Below are positions 22,713 to 35,000 of a stretch of DNA of 64,000 nucleotides, one piece after another. Source of the stretch: Podarcis tiliguerta. Lineage: Eukaryota. Location: assembly GCA_965153285.1 (NCBI GenBank), contig OZ229115.1; one strand, written 5' to 3'. The notes below the pieces were generated by a model. The model worked only from the letters and a program-made list of their open reading frames with translations, had not been told where the DNA came from and made no database searches. The translations under genes and the position numbers were made by a program. Within the stretch, counting starts at the first letter, position 1; every line of letters starts with the position of its first letter.

Positions 22713-23859
22713 TCTCAGTAAAGGAGATCCTCTGTCTTTCCGCTCCATGGTTCTATGCCCAAGAAAGTTTTTTTCCAGTGGAGTAAATGGGATTACTCCA
22801 ATGACTTGTGCTTAACATGGATATGATCAGGTCATTAGTCAGCTGGCCACCAAACCCTTCTTGCTTCCTTGCATAATGGCTGTCCCAGTATGTTGGCACA
22901 GCAGAGTGTCAGGATTTTTTTTTTAAAATGACTTCTTTTTTTGATATTCAAGTAACTTTCTCTGTAAGCTCTGAAGGTGACATGGAGTTTTGAGTAATCG
23001 CTCATTCTTAGAGGCTTCTCCTACTGAATGGGCTTCACCATACTATTGAGCCCCACATCTGTGTGTCATAAATTCTCACCTGCTTTGGGGGGCGGGGTCA
23101 GCAAGCCTCAGCAGCAGGCCAGTTCAGAATCTGTTTCTTCCTCTAGAGAGTTTTCACTGACTTGCGTCTGTTTGCAAAACATTGCACTTCTGTTTCCCTA
23201 GTGCTGCTCTTTTCCAACTCCATGCTTGGAATAGGAACAAAAAGAATGAAGGCAGCACCAGGAGGGTTAATGTGACCTGGGCTCTGACATATTTGAAAGA
23301 AATATAATCAAGTTAATTCACTGCAAGGCAAATTTGGTACCTAAAGGGCCCCCCTGTTAAATACAGCTCTGACCTTTACCGGCTGGTTACACAAAGACGA
23401 CACAATTAGATTAGTCCAAGACAAAAGGTCAAGCGCATTCACACTGTGACCACTTTATGCTGTCTTTGGAGGGGAAAGAAATTCCACCCAGCAGGAGGGG
23501 GGCATCTCAGGGAGGTTCACTGTTGCTGCCAAGATGGAGGGGAGGGGCATAAGTATGTGGGGGAGTGGTGTCATTGGGGTGTGTGTGGAATGACTTCTGC
23601 CAATCAGAGAAGCTGCTCCACTTTCGGTGGAGTGTGTGTGTGTCTCCCTCCCCTTCAGGGAGCTGATCCTGCTGCTGTAGGAGTTATTTGGGCATAGAAC
23701 AATTCTGCTCCATGACTAAAGCATCCAGAGTATTTTTCCTACTGCCTGTCTCTATGTATATGACACCACCTGAGTGAACAAGTGGACATTGGCTTAAACA
23801 GGTGGTCAGTGAGCGATAATTTTCTGCAATTCTCAGACGTGGGAGCCATTGTTGTTGTT

Positions 23860-24040
23860 GTTGTGGCTAGATTATTGGGGTTGAACATGGGAAGCCTGGG
23901 TTCAAATCACTATTTGGCTATGAAGCTCAGTGAGTGACTTGGGCAAGGCAGCATCTCTCAGGCTGGTCTACCACATAGAATTGTTGCTAGGCTAAATTGT
24001 CATTCTGAGCTCCTGTGTGGAAAAGTGTAACAAATAAAAC
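23860..24040 (+). mobile_element. MIR-like (CORE) SINE
   Basis: B-box-like gggttcaaatc, core gtgacttgggcaag...tctctcaggctggtctaccacatagaattgttg, A-rich tail. Confidence 0.65.
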
Positions 24041-26648
24041 ACTCTCTAAATGCTCGCAGCTCCAGTAGTGTGGCCTTTCCCCAATCCATGATATGCAGAA
24101 AAGACAAGAGCACAGAACAAGGCCGGCACTCACACGCAGAATGAAGTCTATTAGGACTTTACCCCGGCAGCCAGGGTGATTCTGTAGACTAGAGAACACA
24201 TAAAATATCATGCCTGTCTCCAACAGCTCTTGTTAAGTTGCCTGGCATGGAGCTACTATGTATGTGGAGAAACACATCTTGGCTTCACGTTTCACCATGT
24301 TCTCTGCATATTAAAAAGTGCTTTGTTTGGTATTTTCCAAAAGTTCTAGCTTTCAGTTTTCTGCTCCCTCTCCTGACAGCACCTCCTTCCCAGTAATGAA
24401 TTTGGGATCCTCCCCACTGTATCCTGTATTAGCAACAAACCCACCCACCACATGCTCTCTCATCCCAAATAATATATACAGGCATTTGAACCACCTGTGA
24501 ATGGCAACCAAATTGCTGGTCATTGGTGTGGACCTGAAAGACTACACAGGAACCTTAGGGGAGCAATTGTTCCTTCCCCAAAGCTTCTTCAATATTTCCC
24601 TTGGGGTGCTAGCTCTGTTACAATGGAAAGTGGACTCTTTTTTTGTAATTCTGTAGGAGAGATGATCTAGCATTCAAGCATCTGCACGTGACACCGCTAG
24701 GCTTTTAGTGCTACATTTCCCTCTCATCGCAGGCTGGAAAAAAATAGAATATCCACCTTCATAGGCTCAGCTTTTGGCCACCGGACTGCCAGCCCAGTGA
24801 ACCCCAGCCTTGGTTAGTCTGCTGTGGGCATGTCATGATGCCCACTGGTGGCAGCCCACAGTGAAGGGAGCCTTCTCCCCACCCCCACCCCAGAGCATTG
24901 CTCTGCTGACCCAGGAGGGACGCTACTCTGGGCCTTTGCAGGGTGAAAGGTGAGTATAACTTGGGAACAAATTAGTTCCAAGCAGAAGTGCAGCCAGTTA
25001 CTCCAGATTAGAGCCTTTGATTTGTGCGACTCAGACTCCACTCGCCCATCCATAATGAGTTGACTCTCCTCAGAATTCCTCACATCAGCGCACTTTGTTC
25101 CTGGGCTCACAAGTCAGCCCATTAATGGGGAAAGGAAAGGACCTTGCCTCTAAGAAGTCTCAGGTTCAGAGTCAGAATCATTTGACTTTTAAGCTGCCTT
25201 TATCTGAACTCCTGCCGGCTCCTTGTTTTCTGAGCCTGCTTGAAAGTGAGAAGTTACATTGTTAACATCAAACATCCTTCCTTCCAGATGGAGTTAGAAA
25301 GCTCGCTTGCGCCTCTATATAAATGTGTATCTCTATCATGATACGTGTGTGTTTTATAATATATATTTTCTCATTTTAAAATCATTCCTTTCCATTAACA
25401 GGGAGCCAGGTTCCCAGGCTCTTGTAAATTACAATGTAGAACATTTTTCCTAACCAGACACTTTCCGTTTTTGCCCACGGCGACGGGCAGAGCCAAGCTA
25501 GGGAAGGTGATTAATATGAATTTGTGACATATTTGAAAGATGGCTCTTTTGCCATATAAAGATTATCAAACACATGCGCTCATCCCCATTAATTCGGCAG
25601 CCTCCCTGGGAAGCTCTCGGGCCCCCACTCCTTTGTTTCCAGGTTGGGCTGGCTGCTTTAAATGTACCTTGGCTCCTAATTTCCCCAAATTCTAGGTATT
25701 GTTTTTCACAGGGTGCCAGTTAACGGAGTGGTGCTCTTTCCCCACTAATCAAAGCCACTGAAGGCAGTTAGGCATGCATTTTCTGCCAGGGAGATAGTTG
25801 CATCCCCAAGAAGTGTGGGGGCTTCATTATTAATACAGGCTCTCAATCATTTATGCCTGAAACATTTAAAACAAGGAAAGGTGGTGGATGGCAGCCTGTG
25901 GTTCCCAAGAGGGCTCATTTTAATTTCTTTCCTCCATTCACCGTAGACCTGGAAAAGGAGAGGGTGCGGGTTTTTTTGTTTGTTTGTTTAAATGCCTTTC
26001 ACTTCCTGCATTGGCCTTAAGCTGCCAATGTTGCTTGATAATTTCTGTGGATCATTTCCCTTTTCTCTGCATTTGCACTCTCTCTCCCAGTTGATCTGTT
26101 GAGGAAACTTCAGGCACTTTTAGTACAATTTGCAGACATCCCAACTTTGCTAAGTTTTCACCGTGTGCCCTTGAGAGGGGCCTGTGACTGATTTAGGGGT
26201 CATGCATCAGCCAGTGGAATCTGCAAATCCCGTTAAATGCTAATTCACAAGCTTCAGGCAGGCTTGTGGTTACCTCTACTCCTTTCCTTTGTGTCAGACT
26301 CAGAAATACTGGCTCCGGAAAGGTCTGCCCCATACCAGGGGGTTTGTATTGGAACTTTCATCCTCTTTCCATCCCTTCCTTAGTTTTGTCACTAGTCATT
26401 TATAAGACTATTTTATGGTGAAAAAAACAAGCTTATTGTTGTGCCTCAAGGTTCCTCCAGGGCTTTTAAGTACCAGGCCTGGTCCAGAGTCTTCTCGGGT
26501 GCTGCGTGATGGTTTTCTTCCTGAATTCCTTGTCTGGACACACCCAATACCTTGGGTTCTAGAAAAGGGTTTGTGTTGCATCTAGCACTGAGCCGGATGG
26601 TCTGATCTCTTATTAACACCTGTCTTTCATTTCTGCTTCTTGGAACAG

Positions 26649-26708
26649 AGAAAGCGCAGGGAATCTGCTTCCAGTTCATCGTCTGTCAAAAAAGTGAAGA
26701 AGCCATGA
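26649..26708 (+). CDS. DMAP1: DMAP1 terminal coding exon with stop codon
   Basis: Acceptor tttcatttctgcttcttggaacag; AGA AAG CGC AGG ... AAG CCA TGA = RKRRESASSSSSVKKVKKP*, the known basic DMAP1 C-terminus. Confidence 0.96.
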   Translation, partial: RKRRESASSSSSVKKVKKP

Positions 26709-28949
26709 ATAGCCTAAAGTTCCAGATCCTGGATGTCGGAGGCTCAGGACACTGACTGCAGGGGCAAGATGGCTGCATTTGCCAGTATGCCTACTTTATG
26801 CTATGGGATTCTTGCAGTGACATTGCCCTCTTGTTCCAGAAAAGGGTGTTGCCGCCCCAGGTAAATGGGTTGGACTTCCTTGCATTAACAGCCTCATACT
26901 GGCTGTTGCTGTGGTGATTGTGTTGTCTTTCCTATGTCTGATTTTTGTAAACCTCCTTGTAAATACAGAATCCATTACCTCTTGTTCCATAATCTGAATT
27001 TAATCCAGCACTTGTGGGTGGGCAGAAGCACCTTTATGGTGGTAGGAGCTGCTTTTGTCTAGATCGATCTTGAGCTGGAGTAGGCAGGTGCTGGATCATC
27101 AGCTAGATCTTATGGATTAGAATAGTTTTTATGACGCATGTGAGGCAGGAGGGGACAAACGCACGCCTAAGACTCCCTAGTATAATGCTACACATGATTA
27201 ACTATCTCACAGCTGCAAGGAAGACTCGGTTGTAGTATCAGAGACTGCAATGCAGAGCTACATGGATAAATTATTTTATTGAAAACTTATCTTTGCAAGA
27301 AAAGAGACATATCTCAGGCGCTTTGAACACTGAAGGTCTTCCACCTTTAGCAGTGCCCCCATTGAAGCATAGTCTTTTTTATGGTCCTAGTTGTGCACTA
27401 ATTCTCATACCACCATCCCATTCCCACTGGAAGACATACTTGCTTGTTTCTGGCTTATTCTCACAGAATGTTCTTCTGGATGTCCACAAAGTTCCTATTT
27501 CCCTCAGTGTTTCATCTAATTATAGAACAGTTGCTTGACTCATGTGCCCTGCATATGAATTAAACAATAGAGTTGAGGAAAAGAACCCCATACTGTATCT
27601 TAGGTGATGCATTCATTCGTTGCAGGAGGTATTTCCTGCTCTGATGAGAGGGGATCATGCCTCTGCCAAGATGTTGCCTGCTCTCCATGTATTTTTCTAA
27701 GTCCTTATACTAAAAATAATTTAGATCTTCCGTTTGATTTAAGCAGTGGCACCTTTTTAGTTAAACAAATTTTCAATATCAATTTAGTGAGCCAATTTAA
27801 TGCTGCATCCTTAGTTTTCTCATCTCACAGGTAGGTGAGGTACCCTCCCATATCTGTTGAGAGTAGCCAGAATTATTCTGTGTTATTTTGTGGACATACA
27901 TACCCATCCCGAGTGTCGTGGTGAGTTCTTTGTGCTAACATAAAAAAGTAGTTCTACAGACTCTTTTAACAGGACAATCCTGCGTGTGTTTACTTGGAAG
28001 AAAGTTCCATTTTGTTCAGTGTGTTCACGGTTGCCTTTTCCTGTTGTAGCCTGCTGTATTCAGACCAGTAACTTTTATACCCTCCAGAGGTGACTTGGTG
28101 TGTGATAATTGCGTTGATTAGTGACCAATGGAGCAACCAGCTTGTATGCATGCTGGTTTTCCAAGAACCAAGAAGCATCCATTTCTCATTGCTAGAAGGT
28201 TTGGTTTGATAGTGTAGGGTTGAATATTCCAAGTCGGTATAATTAAGCCTGTGTATACAATTGCAGGAAAGGCTATGTTTTGCTATTAAATATAGAATTC
28301 AGCACCAAGAAGGAAGTTTCTAGCCCATAAGCTTTTACAAAGGTCACCTTGAAAGTGTGTGAGTATCTCTGGTGAGATCTCTGAAGCCATAGGAGGGCTA
28401 AGTAGGACTTCTAGTGATCAGACTGTGGTGTTTTGCATAGCTCTTTACCCTTCCCTAGAGTAGCAAAATAAATTATGCAAAATGAGCAAATATGTGCACA
28501 TTTGCATAATGCATACAGGCCATGGAATTCCAGTTTTAATTTTAATTTTGATGGGGTTTTTAGTGCAGAATACAAAGCCCTAGGTATAACCCTTGCCCTC
28601 AGCAGGAAGAGATTGACTGGCTACGTCTAAAGACTTCAGTTGCATGTTCTCCGGTGTGTGGCAGGCAGTGAGGCCAGTGATACCCTCAAGAAGAGCTAAC
28701 TGTAAGTAACTTTGGTTTCACCAGTGTAAAAATATTGAGTGCTGGCCTATCAGGTAGCCCTCCATTCTGGTCTGGAGTTTCTCCAGCTTGCTGACTGTTT
28801 TAATGACTGAATTGTACTCTTCTCCCCCCCACTCCAGCCCAGCCCTTTCAGATATTCATCTTCCATCAGAAACATGTTGGAAGGAGGGCTAGGATACTTT
28901 TGGCCTGCTGCTGTCAGACCTAACTCATGCTCTGCCTTCCCCTTCCCAT

Positions 28950-29150
28950 TTCAAGTGCAACTGGGAATCGATAGTGCATGACAACGCCCTTTGATTTACA
29001 TTCTTGCTGGCAGAAAGAAAGGTCAAAGGCCAAGTTCTTCGTTTTCATAGAAAACTAATTAGACGACTCCATCGACACTGAATCAATAAAACTGATCAGG
29101 TGATTACACAGAGGGAGCCATTAAAATCCCTATGACCTTTGATCTCAAGT
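28950..29150. promoter_or_regulatory. Putative enhancer (DR1 / TCF-LEF / Onecut / homeodomain motif cluster) between the DMAP1 and ERI3 3' ends
   Basis: AATCGATA 28966, CCTTTGAT 28988, AGGTCAAAGGCCA 29020, CTAATTAG 29055, AATCAATA 29081, TGACCTTTGATCT 29133; motif evidence only. Confidence 0.5.
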
Positions 29151-30039
29151 CCCTAACCTGAGGTGGGAAAGGCTCAGTTATATTCTCTAGTGCTTGGAGG
29201 ACAAACCTCCCAAAGTGAGATGGACTGGCCTACAAGGCTTCAGTGGGTGGTGGTGGACACAGCCTTTGCTGACTCTGCTGGTTGTATCTAGTATGTTCTC
29301 ATTTCAACCCCTACTGCATGAATGGTCATGTGGATGGAAAGGCATGGCAGACATAGACAAAGGGTTGATAAGGCAATTACCTTCTGCAGTGGTGCCATAA
29401 AGAGAGAGGTGGCCCTAACTGGAACAGACCCCCAAACTTTTCACTGCTACAATGGGAGGGGAAAGAGCAGAGACCTACACTGAAAGGGGATCGTGATTTA
29501 TTTGGGGCTTTGTCTTAAGCTACGGAGTCAATTAGTATGTTCTCCAAGCAGCTTGCTTTGTTTTCAATCTCCCATTTGTCATTGTTGTCTAAATCATAAA
29601 AAATTGTTCACATTGGTGCATAAGCCATCTTAGGTCATGTAGCACTAAACAAACATTTGGTAATTATTCATTGGCCTTCTGTGTTCAAGTTTATTTGACT
29701 TCTATAAAATGAGTCATGATTTTTTTAACATGTAGCTCCAGGCTTTGCTCTGTTTTACATGGTATATTGTCGTAGCTAACGGAGAGAAAAGGATGGGAAA
29801 CCATATAAACTTCAACAGGGGCCAGTATCTAGACCTGAGTATTGCCCTCTGTGAGCACCACTTCTACCTGCAGATTGGGGAGGCTGCATGAGCCATAGTG
29901 TTCTCCTGTGCCCCTGTGGCCCAAGCAGCCTATGAACTTTGTGTACTAAGCATCCTTGATGGTGCAATGAGCTGAGGTGATAAGATGTAAATATTTGGCT
30001 TCTTCAGGATCCTCCTTTCAGTAATGTTAAACAGATGGT

Positions 30040-30327
30040 ATGGTATGGAAACATTTTAATGGTGCCCACTGATTGGCAGTGGGTGCAAATACCACTTTCA
30101 GCAAAACTCAGCTCTACTTGGGAGCTCCAAATCTAAAAGGTGTCAAATACAAGCTCCACTTGCTAAGGAAGAAGCAGGTTCAAACTTTAAGGTTCCTGCT
30201 TCTTCCTTTGCAGCTGCATCTTTGCCTGACATCACATTATGTCAGGTGTGAGGCAGGTGAGTGTGACTTGGACAAAATGGCCCCTGAGGCCTGATTAGGG
30301 CTGTGGGCTGGAGGTTTCCCACCCCTG
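30040..30327. mobile_element. hAT-type element remnant (right end); left boundary approximate
   Basis: Ends gggctggaggtttcccacccctg, followed by gtgtagag. Confidence 0.5.
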
Positions 30328-30680
30328 GTGTAGAGCACAGAGCAGGAGGCTAACTATTGTGAAGGAAAGTATGACCTATTCTCAAGATACTTTCCTGGGG
30401 AAGAACTAATAAGGAAGCAGCTTTTGTTTTGGCTACAGATGGGAATATGTGGGTGATTTTCTCTCATGAAGGTACATGATACTTGTGTCACAAAACAATC
30501 CCATAACGCAAGTCCATTTAAGGATGGGAGAAACATCTGTGCAGTTACTGCCAGATTGCAGGGGCAGTTGAAGAGGTATTGGGAAAAGGAGTTTACTTAG
30601 CAGCATATTTCAGATAAAGCCTCCTCCCCCGGCCCCACTCCCTTACAGCATACAAGGAGCCAGGTTCCTTTCCCCCAAAC

Positions 30681-30686
30681 TTTATT
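30681..30686 (-). terminator. Possible distal poly(A) signal of ERI3 (AATAAA); another copy at 30938-30943
   Basis: TTTATT on + strand; hexamer match only. Confidence 0.4.
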
Positions 30687-31448
30687 CATGTGGCACATTT
30701 ACAGCAAGGATGGGAATAACGAGCCAATGAGGAGGTCAGGTTGGGTTCAGCTGGAACATCCACACACCATGCATTATTTACCGGTAAGGCCCAGTGCCTG
30801 TATCAGCTCACAGCCTGACTCTTGGTGTGGCTCCCAGGTAGGTGGCAGCTGGAGCCTATCCATCTGGGGATCCATTCAGCAAAAGCTAGGGCAGAAGGTT
30901 TCAGGAAAATACTGAGCTGGGAGAGGGCGAGTCATTCTTTATTTCCCTCTTCCCACACTGGACCAAGGTGATGGGAATAGGATAGGAAGAATAGGCCACA
31001 CCTCTCAAAGCAACAAGTCAGTTGCAGCCGTTGTAGGAGGAGGAGGAAGTCAGGTGAGCAAAGGGGCAGTAACAGAGATGTCAGTCAATTTGCAGATCCC
31101 TGCTGGGTAATGGGAACACAGCCCCCTGCTGGGCTAGCAGTAATGGGCACGTCCACTGCCTGCAATGGACTGCATGCTCCATAGGGGGGCCATGCGCAAG
31201 TGCAGGGTGGATGCACAGTAGGGTTCCCCATGTTCTGAGGAGGCATGAGCAAGGGATCACAGGGTTCAAGAAATGCAGGACATGGCGCTGAGCATCAGCC
31301 AGGATGCTCCTGCCTACGATAACCCCTGCTGAATGAAGCCCCAGGGAGATAGGTGGCTCTTGGTGGGCAGGGAATACAGGCACTTTACCTTGAACAGAAA
31401 GAGCCGAGCTTCCTCAGATCACATACAGAAGGAATCAGAGGGTTAGTG

Positions 31449-31454
31449 TTTATT
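31449..31454 (-). terminator. Probable proximal poly(A) signal of ERI3 (AATAAA)
   Basis: TTTATT on + strand about 550 nt past the ERI3 stop; on the - strand it is followed by U/GU-rich ttccttctgtatgtg. Confidence 0.6.
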
Positions 31455-32007
31455 CAAAACAGAAGGGAAGGAGGGAAGAAGCCTGCCGAAGAAGGGGGGG
31501 GGGGCTGTCTGGATGCTGCTCAGTCAATATTTAGCTGACACGCAGGAGACACAGTAACAGATTCACACAGGAAAAGGGGAGGGGGGCTTGACCGCGGTTG
31601 TTGCGATATTGGACTCAAAGTAATAAGGGCGAGTGCCCCAAACATGGCGCCACGGTCTTGCTACAGGCGCAAATATGAGCAGAGAGAGAGAGAAAGATGC
31701 CAATGGAAATCGGAAGCCAACAAAAGGGAAAACAATCTACGTCTCTAACCATGTGGAGCAAGCGCCCTAGGGGGCTGCAGGCTGGGCCAGGCCGGGCAGG
31801 CAGCCGGCCCCAGAGAGGGAGTCACGTCAGGCCTACACAGAGATTCCAGTTCCATATATACAGCCTCTACTGGCAGAACAGCAAAACTGACGGAGTCGTG
31901 GGGTTGCTCGTTCCTCTGTCCTCTTTCTGTCGTTCGAATGCTCCAGCCCATCACGCCCAGGTAGCAGGAGCCGGCCGCATGCAGCCCTGTCTGGCCGGCC
32001 CCAGAGA

Positions 32008-32090
32008 TCAAAAGGGCTTGGAGGTCTGCTTGAAGATGAACCCTCTGTGAGCCAGTGTCTTCATGATGTTGGCAATGTTCTTGCAGTCAT
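32008..32090 (-). CDS. ERI3: ERI3 (ERI1 exoribonuclease family member 3 / PRNPIP, DEDDh exonuclease) terminal coding exon
   Basis: Minus strand: acceptor tctcacaccctttcttcctttgaccggcag, then AT GAC TGC AAG AAC ATT ... CCC TTT TGA = (D)DCKNIANIMKTLAHRGFIFKQTSKPF*; matches the ERI3 C-terminus and the known tail-to-tail DMAP1/ERI3 arrangement. Confidence 0.95.
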
Positions 32091-35000
32091 CTGCCGGTCA
32101 AAGGAAGAAAGGGTGTGAGAATGGTCATGTTATTCTTCTTATTCTTATTTATTTCATTTCTATACCACTTTATATTTTTTTAAAAAATCTCAGCGGTTTA
32201 CAGCATATTAAAACATAAATAAAACAATGTTGAATTGGACAGGTACGAAAATGCTTGGAAAAAAGGATCACACACATACCCCATACTTATAGGCAGTGCT
32301 TTGCTTCTAGAAAAAAAGCTGCTGGTATTGGGTATCTTTGAGTACCCCCAGGAAAAAACCCACTGCTCATAGGCATACAACAATCCACACATAAATGCTG
32401 ACCTTTCGCAGACATATGTGCCCATAAGCATGCATGCATGCAAACACCTCTATGATTCATGCGCACCCTTGATGTGCTGTGGTAGTACTGGCAGCATGGA
32501 ATGTGCTTCTTGTCTCTGGGCTCGTCCACACTTCTGCTTGTCCCACCACTTTCCACTGGGAAAACCCGCTCTTTACCACTGAATTGGAGCAAATGCCAGT
32601 CAGGATTTTGACATGTTGATGTTTGCTCTGATTCAGAGGTAAAGAGTGGGTTTTCCTGGGGAAAGAGGCAAGGCAAATGGAAAGCTGCTCAGAGCTGTGC
32701 CTAAAAAGCATGGGACAAGCAGAAAGCCTCTTGGAAAGCTGAAGTGTGGACGAGCCCTTTGCCTCAGCCCTACTTAAGCTTCCTGACTGTGGCAAGTAGA
32801 TCTTCACGGTGCATTCTGCCATTTCCAATAAAGTGGGGTATGGTTTAATTCAGTTTTACAGCCCTCCTCCAACTAGCCTAGACTGCATCCTTTTACTGCT
32901 TGGCTGTGCCCCCACCCACATGCATAAGCTCTGGGAGTTTCCAGTAGGTCCCAGCTTTTGAAAAATGGAAGACCACTGCTTTACAGCAAGGCTGCAATAT
33001 ACCAGCTACTCATTTTTGTATCAATTCAAGTGGAACAACTACTTCCTCTTTGAAACAGGAATAATATGGCATGTGGTAATCCTGATATGATATAATTGAG
33101 GCTAGGTCTAGCCTCGATATAGTATTTTAAGGAGATTTTTCATTTCATATCTCATAAAAATACATACAGATAATATGAGAACACAAAACATACATTGCTG
33201 GTTTGTATTATTTAATTTGTTTTATAACATTAGAAATATAGTTAAATAGAAGTTTGGAATTTCTCACTTCAAAGAGAAATGAACAAGGAGTTTTGTATGA
33301 CTGTACAGCTTTGGGAGTTATATTGACCACTTGAAAATTGAAAAATTATAGTTTTGTAAGCAGGGACACATCCTATTGGGGGAAAAACACATTCTGTAAC
33401 ACCGGGTGGCCCTGCTGATTTCTAGCGTTGGAGCATGCATATCTTAGTTGCTAGTCTTAAATGCCAGGTTGACCACAAAAGAAAGAGAACAAACACCATA
33501 CAATGGTTGCGCTCCACTATAATAACACTAAACCTGTGGAGGGATCTAATAACACTCATTAGACGAGGGCCCGGTGGGCAAAATGTCCACATTTCAAATT
33601 CTGAGGAAGTGCTGTGGGTGCCAGCCACAAAATGGCTGCCGTGGGAGCATGGCCTAACACAAAACTAGAGCATAGTTATTGCTGCTTTCCCCCACCCCCA
33701 AGACAATCTCATGTTTTCCATGGGAAGTGAGCTATGTCCTGCTGGTTCTGATATTGACCCCCTCTCTGTGATACTGTTGCTGTCTAATAACAATAGGGAG
33801 CATTCCCCAGTACCAGGAAAAATATACAGGGTGGCCACAACACACTCTTGCACACGCATCACATGCACACATTCACCATACACGTACAGACATGCACACA
33901 TCTCTCATTCACTACATCCACATTGCAAGCGCATCTTTCCCCATCTCTCAGCCCAAATGCATCTTTCCTTCTCTCCCTCACCACATTCATATATACTCCC
34001 ATCTCCCCCACACATACACCTCTCCCCAACTGCACCTTTCTCAGGCACACACAGAACATGCTTGAGCAATCCACCCACCCACCCATTCAGAAAAGGCTAT
34101 CCACAAGCAAAGGGAGTGCCTACCATTTCAATCCCCGCCCAACCTAAATAAAACAAATATTCACGGGGGTCACCAGCCCCACCACCCGCAGGCATCGGGT
34201 ATTGGGGAGGGAGAAGGAAGGCTTTGTGGGTGCTGTGCGGCCCACAGGGGGCGGGGTGGCAGTCCCAGCATTAGAGCGGCTCCATCAATATAGTAAAGAC
34301 GAAGAAAAGGGCTCAGCTCCATGGACTCAGCTGTGTTACTGTTCTACCAAGATATCTTGAATTAGGTGTGCAAAAGATTTTGATGATGATTTAAGTAAAT
34401 TTCCCTGCAAAATGCCCATTTACCTAATTTATACAAAATGAAAAATTGCAAATCAACAGAATTTGTATTATTATTTTTTTGACAAAACAAAGGGGGCAGG
34501 GGTTTGGAGACATGAAAGGAAGCTGTGAAGGGGAAATCCCCCCTCACATTCTCTAAATGTTTGAAATAGAAGATAAAACTCCTGGCAACACCACTCATCT
34601 ATTTTTTCATCCTGAAGCATTAATAGAAACTGGTCGCATTTCTTTCTTTTCAAAAACCAACAATGAGGGATAGAAACATGCTTTTAAAGTTGCATTTCAG
34701 ATTTTTTAGATTCTAGGTTCTGTATTGCACAACACACTAAAATAAAAAGCCTTGATTAGGGCAACAGCTATAAATGTAGGTTTCCTGCACACTTTTGGTG
34801 TGGACTTTCATCACAGGTCCCCACTAGTTCCAGTCCAGCTCTTGCACCTTTCCTCATCTTTTATATTGAAAGGATGACAGAAGGATGGACCGGTAAGTAG
34901 AGCAAGCTCCATTCTCTTCTGAACTAACAGGGAGGCAGGGTTGGGCTGGCTCGCATTATTTACCTGGGACTAAACGCAAGCAGAGTTTGCTAAAATAGAA

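Noticed and set aside
28472-28510. Inverted repeat attatgcaaa / tttgcataat with an octamer motif
   Set aside because: Short and AT-rich; could be an old repeat remnant, with no further support.
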